A stretch of DNA of 63,094 bases, the filler included. It is 7 parts of 7 records of this genome, joined end to end, with 100 filler letters (N's around TTAATTAATTAA, not from the genome) between each part and the next. Parts side by side here need not be neighbours in the genome. Positions count along the whole stretch, not along the records: positions 14,378 to 29,438 come from SRR31156797_10827; positions 29,539 to 39,263 come from SRR31156797_10841; 5 more parts are not named here. One strand, written 5' to 3'. Made by a program: the position numbers and the translations under genes. Numbering within the stretch: the first letter of the stretch is position 1; the number at the start of each line of letters is the position of its first letter. Below the pieces are notes generated by a model. That model searched no databases. It saw only the letters and a list, made by a program, of their open reading frames with translations, and was not told the DNA's origin. Below are positions 29,094 to 37,046 of the stretch, in pieces.

Positions 29094-29438
29094 TTACTTT
29101 CTGTATTCTTCAAAAATCTTTTTGATTTGAGAGTTAGCACCTTTTAAGTACTCTTCTAACATCTCGTCAGCAATTTTGTCTAACTCTTTTTTTAGTTCTG
29201 GTGATGCCTCATTTACTTGTAAACCATTTTTTACTAATGTTTCTAAAGCTACTTTATCCTCTTCAATTGAAGCTTCCCATTGTGCCTTTTCAATCTCTGA
29301 AGCTGCTTTTAACATAGCTTTTTGTTGAGTTTTATCTAAACTATTCCAATAATCAAGATTGATAGTAACAGCTTGTAAAGGATATGCATAACTTATTTTT
29401 GTAAAATCTGATAATACTTCCCAGAATTTACCATCTTT
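29094..29438 (-). CDS. dctP: TRAP substrate-binding protein, C-terminal part (truncated)
   Basis: Frame is open to the contig edge (DGKFWEV...NLDYWNSLDKTQQKAMLKAA...). Confidence 0.8.
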   Translation of the reverse strand, partial: KDGKFWEVLSDFTKISYAYPLQAVTINLDYWNSLDKTQQKAMLKAASEIEKAQWEASIEEDKVALETLVKNGLQVNEASPELKKELDKIADEMLEEYLKGANSQIKKIFEEYRK

Positions 29439-29538
29439 NNNNNNNNNNNNNNNNNNNNNNNNNNNNNNNNNNNNNNNNNNNNTTAATTAATTAANNNNNN
29501 NNNNNNNNNNNNNNNNNNNNNNNNNNNNNNNNNNNNNN
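29439..29538. other. Artificial contig spacer
   Basis: N44-TTAATTAATTAA-N44. Confidence 0.98.
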
Positions 29539-29539
29539 A

Positions 29540-29911
29540 GTTGTTGCAGCTGAAGTTAGAAACTTAGCATCTAGATCTGCTGAAGCGGCTAAAGAGATTA
29601 AAGACTTAGTTGAAGATGCGACAATTAAAGCAAATGATGGTAAAAATATTAGTTCTGAGATGATTAACGGTTTCCAAGAACTTGAAGAAAATATCAAACA
29701 AACTAATAATCTAATCAATGATGTTACAAATGCAGCTAATGAACAAAGTTCAGGAATGAATCAAATTAGTGATGCGGTAAATCAATTAGATAGATTTACT
29801 CAAGAGAATGCTTCAATTGCAGATAAAACAAACTTCATTGCACAAGAGACAAACTCAATTGCAGATGATATTGTAGAAGCAACAAATAAAAATAAATTTA
29901 CTCAAAAATAA
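29540..29911 (+). CDS. Methyl-accepting chemotaxis protein, C-terminal part
   Basis: VVAAEVRNLASRSAEAAKEI...EQSSGMNQI...TQENA. Confidence 0.9.
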   Translation, partial: VVAAEVRNLASRSAEAAKEIKDLVEDATIKANDGKNISSEMINGFQELEENIKQTNNLINDVTNAANEQSSGMNQISDAVNQLDRFTQENASIADKTNFIAQETNSIADDIVEATNKNKFTQK

Positions 29912-29923
29912 AAAAATATCAAA

Positions 29924-30916
29924 CTAGATGAAATTTTTCATTCTAGTTTGATTTCTACCTCTTTCTTTAGATTCATATAAAAGTTTATCAACACTATTAT
30001 ACAAACTGCTTGAAGTAAAATCTTTATGAGCTTTTAAAATATTTCCTAGACCTATAGATACAGTCAGATATGGATAAATAGAAGTATTTGCAGCATCTAT
30101 TTCTTTTGCAATGATATTTGTTCTTAGCTTTTCCATTAAGGCATATGAATCTTCCGGTGAGTTTGTATTAAATAATAAACCAAACTCTTCTCCACCTAAT
30201 CTAAAACAAAAATCATTTTCTCTAGTTAGAGTATTTCTAATAATACTTGCAACTTCTGTTAAAACTTCATCACCTTTTTGGTGTCCAAACTTATCATTAA
30301 AATCTTTAAAAAAATCAATATCAATTAAAGCAAAAGAGAACTCCTGCCCTGTTCTATTTAAGTATGCTAACTTTTTACTAAAGGTGCTTTCAAAATATCT
30401 TCTATTTCCTAAGTTTGTTAGAAAATCAGTATTACTTAGTCCACTTAAAAGTTTATTTTTTCTATCTAACTCTTCAACTGTTTGTTTATGTGAAGTTATA
30501 TCTAACATAACTCCTACAAGCCCAAGAACAGTTCCATCTTCTACAAAAGTAGCCTTATAGAAGTTGTAATGTCTAACTTCAGAATCTACACACTTTACTT
30601 TTGTTTCATAGTTTTGAACCCCAGGGTTATTAAAAAGTTCTTCGTCTTTTTGCTTATAAATATCTGCATACTCTTTTGGAATAAGATCAGGAAGTTCATA
30701 AAGAGTTTTTCCTTCTATCTCTTCCTTACTTATTCCTAGAATTGTTTTAGAAAAAGCATCATTACAATATAGATATCTACCGCTTCTATCTTTGTAGAAC
30801 ATAGGGTTAGGAACTGTATCAAATAGCATTTGTAAAAAAGAGTTATTAGATTTTAAACTATCACAAAAAAATTCTAATTGTTTATCTAACTCTTCTTGTA
30901 CTTTTTTTATAGCCAA
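29924..30916 (-). CDS. PAS-GGDEF diguanylate cyclase
   Basis: PAS domain, DFLTNLGNRR, DIDFFK, intact RLGGEEF. Confidence 0.9.
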   Translation of the reverse strand: MAIKKVQEELDKQLEFFCDSLKSNNSFLQMLFDTVPNPMFYKDRSGRYLYCNDAFSKTILGISKEEIEGKTLYELPDLIPKEYADIYKQKDEELFNNPGVQNYETKVKCVDSEVRHYNFYKATFVEDGTVLGLVGVMLDITSHKQTVEELDRKNKLLSGLSNTDFLTNLGNRRYFESTFSKKLAYLNRTGQEFSFALIDIDFFKDFNDKFGHQKGDEVLTEVASIIRNTLTRENDFCFRLGGEEFGLLFNTNSPEDSYALMEKLRTNIIAKEIDAANTSIYPYLTVSIGLGNILKAHKDFTSSSLYNSVDKLLYESKERGRNQTRMKNFI

Positions 30917-31006
30917 TACAAACTCCTTTTAAAATTGCAGTAGAATAGCATAAATAAAGTTTTAAAACCTTAAGACTCTTTAGTTTTTTTTGGATAATAT
31001 TCATCC

Positions 31007-31675
31007 ATGAGACTTTTAGAACCAATAGAAAAAATATACCTCCTTGATGAAGATAATTTTGATTTTCCTACTTTAGAAATGATGAATAATGACCTAGTTG
31101 CAGTAGGAGGAGACTTTCATCCCCAAAGATTATTAAATGCCTATGAAAATGGACTTTTTCCTTGGTTCATGGATGAATACAATCACATACATTGGTTCTC
31201 ACCTCAACAAAGAATGGTTTTATACCCAGATGAAATGAAGGTATCAAAAAGCCTTAAAAAAACAATCAAAAACAAAGGTTTTGTTGTAAAAACAAATGAA
31301 AACTTTGAAGAAGTTATGAAAAACTGTGCAAGTATCAAAAGAAAACATGAAGATGATACATGGATAAATGAGCACTTTATTCAAGCCTATGTAAATCTAC
31401 ATAAACTAGGATATGCATACTCTATAGAAACCTACTTAGATGATGAATTAGTTGGTGGTCTTTATGGAGTTTTGATTGATGATATCTTTTGTGGTGAAAG
31501 TATGTTTGCTAAAGTTAGTGATGCCTCTAAAGTTGCATTTTATCACCTTTGTAAACAAGCAAAAGAGAATGATATAAATCTAATTGATTGTCAAGTACAT
31601 AATGAACATTTAGAAAGTTTAGGCGCAAAAGAGATTCCAAGAGAAGAGTACTTCAAGATACTAAAAAAAAAGTAG
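31007..31675 (+). CDS. aat: Leucyl/phenylalanyl-tRNA-protein transferase
   Basis: AYENGLFPW, LVGGLYG, FCGESMF, LIDCQ. Confidence 0.93.
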   Translation: MRLLEPIEKIYLLDEDNFDFPTLEMMNNDLVAVGGDFHPQRLLNAYENGLFPWFMDEYNHIHWFSPQQRMVLYPDEMKVSKSLKKTIKNKGFVVKTNENFEEVMKNCASIKRKHEDDTWINEHFIQAYVNLHKLGYAYSIETYLDDELVGGLYGVLIDDIFCGESMFAKVSDASKVAFYHLCKQAKENDINLIDCQVHNEHLESLGAKEIPREEYFKILKKK

Positions 31676-31855
31676 TATTTAAAATGTCAAGAAAACGTAA
31701 AGAAAACATACCTTTCTAAATTGATAAATTTTAATTAAAATTTCATTGACTTAATAAAATGACTCTAAGTACATGATATAGAATCTAAAACCAACTTCTA
31801 TATCTTTATGTACTTAAAGTACTTTCCAAAAACTAAAATCAAAGAACACTTTAAA

Positions 31856-32683
31856 CTAAAAAACCATCTCTTTAAGATATTCACTTATTTTTGGTAGATA
31901 ATCTTTTCTACATACCATACAAGTAGGGAAATATGCTATTTTTTTATCTAGTTTTGTAACTTTTAGTTCTTCTTTGTATCCTAATTTATCAACTAGTTTT
32001 AAAGGCAAAAGTGTTTTTCCCATACCAGCTTTTACACATGCAAGTATAGTTTCTAGGCTTCCAAAAGCTATTGATTTTTCTACTTCTATTCCATTTTTTT
32101 CATAATATTTTCTTAAGAAGTCATCGAAGATACTTCCCTCTTTGAAGGTTAGTAAAACATTTTGTGATTTATCATTTTTTTCTTCTAATATAGCAAGCTC
32201 TTCATCATATCTTTTTAATACTATAAGTTCATCATGGATTGGTTCACCACTTATAAATGCCACATTTACTTTATATTCTAAAACCATTTTAGTAATTTCT
32301 TTTGTTGTTCCTGTTAAAAACTCTAATTGAATATTAGGATAATCCTCATGTAGTTTTGTAATAAAGGAAGAAATTCTTACTACTGCATTACAATCTGTTG
32401 AACCAATAATAAGCTTCTTTTGTTCTTGTTCATTTTGAACATCTAAGATAGCATCTTCAACTTTTCTTACAATCTGTATTGAATGTTTATAAAGCCTTTT
32501 ACCTTCATCTGTTAAAACTACACCTTTTGGTATACGATGAAATAATGAACATTTTAAATTCTTTTCAAGTTGCTTTATTCTAAGTGTCACATTTGATTGA
32601 GTAAACCCAAGTTCATTTGCAGCTAAAGTTATACTTTCTTTATCTGCAACAGCAATAAATATTTTTAGAAGATTTGTATCCAT
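31856..32683 (-). CDS. LysR-family transcriptional regulator
   Basis: SITLAANELGFTQSNVTLRIKQLE HTH; divergent from the MFS gene. Confidence 0.93.
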   Translation of the reverse strand: MDTNLLKIFIAVADKESITLAANELGFTQSNVTLRIKQLEKNLKCSLFHRIPKGVVLTDEGKRLYKHSIQIVRKVEDAILDVQNEQEQKKLIIGSTDCNAVVRISSFITKLHEDYPNIQLEFLTGTTKEITKMVLEYKVNVAFISGEPIHDELIVLKRYDEELAILEEKNDKSQNVLLTFKEGSIFDDFLRKYYEKNGIEVEKSIAFGSLETILACVKAGMGKTLLPLKLVDKLGYKEELKVTKLDKKIAYFPTCMVCRKDYLPKISEYLKEMVF

Positions 32684-32757
32684 TATTTTCCTTATTATGG
32701 CTAATAAATTATTCTACAATATTACCAAAAACAATATTACATATGATTATTAGTTAT

Positions 32758-32786
32758 TTGACATACATAACTATCAGTTATATAAT
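32758..32786 (+). promoter_or_regulatory. Consensus sigma70 promoter with a LysR-type box in the spacer
   Basis: TTGACA-N17-TATAAT. ATAACT-ATC-AGTTAT (T-N11-A) at 32767-32781. Confidence 0.75.
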
Positions 32787-32832
32787 TCTAAAAAATATTA
32801 TGTCTATAATCTAGTTAAAGAAAGAAGTAAAA

Positions 32833-34017
32833 ATGAACTTATTAAATAAAAATAGCAATATATCAATACTAATTGCAGGAATTATTGCTGTAATAATTGG
32901 ACTTGGAATAACTAGATTTGCTTTTACTTCACTTCTTCCTCCTATGATTGAAGGCTTTCTTACAGTTAGTTTTGCAGGGATATTAGCATCTTTTAATTAT
33001 ATAGGTTATTTAAGTGGTTCAATCTTTTCTATGTTTATAAAGGACATAAATAAAAAAGTGATATTTTTTAGAATTGGAATTATTTTATGTTTACTAACAA
33101 CTATTATTCTTGGTATCACAGAAAATCAAACTATTTGGTTTATAGCTAGACTTACTGCAGGAGTTTCGGGAGCTTTAGCATTTGTAGTGGGTTCAGCTAT
33201 TGTTATGAGTAAATTAAACTTTCAAAATAAAACAAAAGCTATGGGAATACACTTTTCAGGAATTGGCTTTTCGATTTTTGTAACTGATATTATCGCAAGA
33301 GCAGTTCAAAACAGTGGTGGAAGCTGGAAAGATTCGTGGATAGTATTAACTATAGTTACAACTATTCTTGCATTATACTCTATGTATATTTTGTCATTTG
33401 ATAAAAGTATTAAAGTAGAAAAAACATCAACAAACTTTGATAAATCTTTATTTACACCTTTTACTATTATCATAATCATTAGCTATTTTACTATGGGTAT
33501 AGGATTTGTAGTACAAGCTACGTTTTTACCAGATATTATCAATTCTATAAAAGAGTTAGAAGGATATGGAAGTATGACTTGGACAATAGTTGGTTTAGCT
33601 GGTATTCCTTCTTGTATTATATGGATGAGTTTAGCTTCAAAGTACGGAAGTGTAAATATAATCATCATTACTATGGGTCTACTTGGCATAAGTATTATAA
33701 TACCAACTGTTACATCAAATATATATTAAAATCTTTTGTCAGGTGTACTTTATGGAGGAACTTTTATTGCTCTTGTGGGATTGTTTATGAATCTAGGAGG
33801 AAAATTAGCAGGAAAAAGCCCTGTTGTTTTAATGGGTGCATTTACAATAGCTAATGGCATAGGTCAAGTAATAGCTCCCCTTTATTCTGTCTATTTTATT
33901 GAAAATTTTTCTTCATATGACTATGCTCTTTATCTTACTTCATTTATCGTTTTTTGTGGTATTTTACTTTTGTTTTTTTCTAAAACAATTATGACAGAAG
34001 AACAAAAAAAGATTTAA
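32833..34017 (+). pseudogene. YbfB/YjiJ-family MFS transporter interrupted by an in-frame TAA at 33727-33729
   Basis: GITRFAFTSLLP, ASFNYIGYL. The two ORFs share a frame and are separated by a single stop. Confidence 0.8.
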
Positions 34018-34113
34018 TTTAAACTAGACATAATTAATTAAAAAAAGTAAGTCCAATACCTAAACTCATTGTAATAGTAGATAACACTCTTAAAAAATAG
34101 TTTTGAGCATTTT

Positions 34114-34175
34114 TGCAACTAAGTTGCATTTTGATATCATACCAAATGAATTTTAAATGCGACTTAGTTGCATTT
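34114..34175. promoter_or_regulatory. Two Zur/Fur-family-like 7-1-7 operators flanking an extended -10
   Basis: TGCAACT-A-AGTTGCA (34114-34128), TGATATCAT (34132-34140), AAATGCGACT-T-AGTTGCATTT (34155-34175). Confidence 0.7.
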
Positions 34176-34195
34176 ATTTAGAATAAGGAAATAAT

Positions 34196-35242
34196 TTGAA
34201 TGATAAAAATAGTTTTATAATTGATTCCCCACTTGATATGCATTTACATTTACGAGATGATGATATGCTAAAGTTAGTTGCTCCATTAACTTCAAAATAT
34301 TTTTCAGCTGCATTAGTTATGCCTAATATTGTCCCACCAATTACAACAAAAGAAGCCCTACTCTCTTATAAACAAAGAATCAAAGATGCCTGTAAAAATG
34401 ATAGTTTTAGTCCTCAAGTTACTATATTTTTTCAAACAGATTACTCATACGAATTTTTAAAAGATATTAAAGATGAGATTATCGCAGTTAAACTATATCC
34501 TTTTGGAGTAACAACAAACTCTGAAACAGGTGTAGCTTCAATGGATGTAGATATATTAAGACCAGTATTAGAATCAATGGAAAAGTTAGAAATCCCTTTA
34601 TGTGTTCATGGAGAGACAAAAGGCTTTATAATGGATAGAGAAAAAGAGTTTTTGCCTATTTATGAATCCTTAGCTATAAACTTTCCAAAGTTAAAGATAA
34701 TTATGGAGCACATATCAAGTGAAGAATCTATTGCATTATTAGAAAAATATGATAACTTATATGCAACAATTACTGTTCATCATCTTATGCTTACTTTAGA
34801 TGATGTATTAGGAGGAATGTTAAATCCTCATACTTTTTGTAAACCCGTAGTTAAGAAGCCTACAGATAAAGAAGCTCTTAGAAAACTGGCCTTATCTGCT
34901 CATCCTAAAGTAATGTTTGGCTCAGATTCTGCTCCCCACCAAAAAGAAGCTAAAGAGTGCCATGATGGAGCAGCTGGTGTTTTTACTTCACCTATTGCAC
35001 TTCAAATATTAACTCAACTTTTTGAAGAGAATGGAAAACTTGAAAATTTAAATGCTTTTGTTAGTTTAAATGCTCAAAAAATCTATGATTTAATACCAAT
35101 AAAAAAGCAAATTGAATTAAAAAAAGAAGATTTTAAAGTTCCTCAATCATACCAATACAAAAATGAAGAAGTAGTTCCTTTATTTGCAGGACAAACTCTT
35201 TCATGGAGCATAAAAAACGTTAAGGTTAAAGATGATTATTAG
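34196..35242 (+). CDS. pyrC: Dihydroorotase (E. coli-type)
   Basis: DMHLHLRD, KLYP..TTNS, HGE, EH, GSDSAPH. Confidence 0.93.
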   Translation: MNDKNSFIIDSPLDMHLHLRDDDMLKLVAPLTSKYFSAALVMPNIVPPITTKEALLSYKQRIKDACKNDSFSPQVTIFFQTDYSYEFLKDIKDEIIAVKLYPFGVTTNSETGVASMDVDILRPVLESMEKLEIPLCVHGETKGFIMDREKEFLPIYESLAINFPKLKIIMEHISSEESIALLEKYDNLYATITVHHLMLTLDDVLGGMLNPHTFCKPVVKKPTDKEALRKLALSAHPKVMFGSDSAPHQKEAKECHDGAAGVFTSPIALQILTQLFEENGKLENLNAFVSLNAQKIYDLIPIKKQIELKKEDFKVPQSYQYKNEEVVPLFAGQTLSWSIKNVKVKDDY

Positions 35243-35780
35243 GAAAAAGTTTAAATTTGAAGGTGCACATATTGTAAGAAACTGCACAACTAATAGATGT
35301 AAAAAGTCCATTCATGGACACTCCTATGAAGTTGAAGTATTTTTCTCTTCAAATAAACTAGATAATGGATATATGGTTTTAGATTTTGGCTTAACGAAAA
35401 AACATATTAAAAATATAATAGACTCTTTTGATCATGCTTATTCACTTTGGTCAGAAGAGTCTGAAGAGTTCAAAGACTTTTTCAAGAAAAATAGTGAAAG
35501 ATGGATAGAGATGCCTGTATCTCCAAGTGCAGAAGCATACAGTCTATTGTTTTTAAAATTTATAAGTCATATTCTAAAAAATACAGTTTTAGAAAATGCA
35601 GAAGGAGATGTAAAAGTATCTTCTGTAAGAGTTCATGAAACTGAAACAGGTTACGCAGAGGCTTTTTTAGATGATATAAACATAATTGAGTTAGATTTAA
35701 AAAAAGTTAAATTCTCAAAGCAAATTATTAATGAGTGGAAAGAAAAAGAAGAATTAAAAAAGATATTGTCATCTTTATAA
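35232..35780 (+). CDS. queD: 6-carboxytetrahydropterin synthase, long QueD2 type
   Basis: AHIVRNCTTNRCKKSIHGHSY, FDH, PSAE, VHET; 182 aa. Confidence 0.88.
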   Translation: MIIRKKFKFEGAHIVRNCTTNRCKKSIHGHSYEVEVFFSSNKLDNGYMVLDFGLTKKHIKNIIDSFDHAYSLWSEESEEFKDFFKKNSERWIEMPVSPSAEAYSLLFLKFISHILKNTVLENAEGDVKVSSVRVHETETGYAEAFLDDINIIELDLKKVKFSKQIINEWKEKEELKKILSSL

Positions 35781-35905
35781 AGTTTTGCCTAACTTTATAT
35801 ATAGATTAAAATTAAAACTTTATCAAATAATTTTTATTTTAATTAATTAACACTTAGGTAAATTTAAGAAGTAAGATTGCTATTCAGTCATATGAAGGAG
35901 TTAGC

Positions 35906-36397
35906 ATGTTTTCTTTACTTCACTTACATATTATCGCTTTTTTTATAATTTTCATCAACACACTAATCTTTAATAAAAACATATCAAACAATTTAGGCTC
36001 TAAATATTTTTTGATAAACTATATTTATCATCACCATAAACGAGTCAGCTGTTTTATTATAATCTACCCTTTTTTAATCATATTAATTTATTTTTTAGTT
36101 GAGAATATATTTCCAATAACTACTTTTTTTATTTCAATACTTCATGTTTATTTTTTACATGAAATTATTTCTAAAAAAGATATTGTAAAAAGAGAAGCTT
36201 ATATACATTGGTACAAAAACAATGTAAAACATAGCTTCTCTATGCATGCCCACGATATGCTAAAAAAAGACTTTAATTTTCTAAATGAAAGAATAAATAG
36301 AACTATTTTATTTAAATTTGAAATTATTTTCTTCATATCTCTTGTAATAGAAAGTGAAGTTTTATACGAACTTTTTATGATGCTTAACAAAATTTAA
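35906..36397 (+). CDS. Hypothetical membrane protein
   Basis: AAGGAG SD and several hydrophobic segments. Confidence 0.6.
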   Translation: MFSLLHLHIIAFFIIFINTLIFNKNISNNLGSKYFLINYIYHHHKRVSCFIIIYPFLIILIYFLVENIFPITTFFISILHVYFLHEIISKKDIVKREAYIHWYKNNVKHSFSMHAHDMLKKDFNFLNERINRTILFKFEIIFFISLVIESEVLYELFMMLNKI

Positions 36398-36409
36398 TAT
36401 TCTTTAGTC

Positions 36410-36461
36410 TTGACATTTATTTCATATGATGATAATATCATATGAAATATTTATCATATGT
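36410..36461 (+). promoter_or_regulatory. Promoter with three TCATATG(A) palindromes at 16-bp spacing (ArsR/SmtB-type operators)
   Basis: TTGACA at 36410. TCATATGA at 36422 and 36438, TCATATGT at 36454. Confidence 0.75.
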
Positions 36462-36474
36462 AAAGGATTATCTT

Positions 36475-36681
36475 ATGAAAAAAACATTTAAAGCAAACAA
36501 TATAGCTTGTGGTAGTTGTTCAAATCTTATTAAAGGTTCATTAGAAGAAGAGTTTGGAGAGATTATTATAAATTTAAATACAGAACCAAAAGAAGTAACA
36601 GTTGAAATCAAAGATGAAACACAAGAAGTAAAGTTCAAAGATGAAATGAAAGAGCTTGGATTTGAAATCATAGAAGAGTAA
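36475..36681 (+). CDS. copZ: HMA-domain metallochaperone (CopZ-like)
   Basis: NIACGSC motif, 68 aa. ATG 36475 follows AAAGGA. Confidence 0.8.
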   Translation: MKKTFKANNIACGSCSNLIKGSLEEEFGEIIINLNTEPKEVTVEIKDETQEVKFKDEMKELGFEIIEE

Positions 36682-36682
36682 T

Positions 36683-37042
36683 ATGTGTGCTTGTGAAGAA
36701 AAAAAATTAATCAGGTCTTGTTGTGAAGATATTAGTTATATCTCTGATATAAATAAAATTCTTCCTTCACAGGAAACTTTAGTTGATATCTCAAATGTAT
36801 TTAAAGCTCTTGCTGACCCAACTAGAGCAAAAATGTTATATGCACTAATAGATTATGAAATATGTGTAGGAGAGATGACAAACCTACTTGAAATACCCCA
36901 ATCTCATGTGTCACACCAATTAAGAACACTAAAGAAATACGGAATAGTTGATTTTAAAAAAGATAAAAAAATGTCTTTTTATTATATAAAAGATGAGTAT
37001 ATAAAAGATTTACTCAAAGCAATCCTAAAAGAAAAGGAGTAG
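36683..37042 (+). CDS. ArsR/SmtB-family metalloregulator with Cys-rich N-terminus
   Basis: FKALADPTR, EICVGE, VSHQLRTL; N-terminal MCAC...SCC. Confidence 0.9.
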   Translation: MCACEEKKLIRSCCEDISYISDINKILPSQETLVDISNVFKALADPTRAKMLYALIDYEICVGEMTNLLEIPQSHVSHQLRTLKKYGIVDFKKDKKMSFYYIKDEYIKDLLKAILKEKE

Positions 37043-37046
37043 TCTT

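Noticed and set aside
33727-33729. Programmed stop-codon recoding (Sec/Pyl) in the MFS gene
   Set aside because: The stop is TAA, not TGA or TAG. A one-base nonsense change or an error is simpler.
34033-34090. Short minus-strand hydrophobic frame (VLSTITMSLGIGLTFFN*) as a gene remnant
   Set aside because: Too short to support any assignment.
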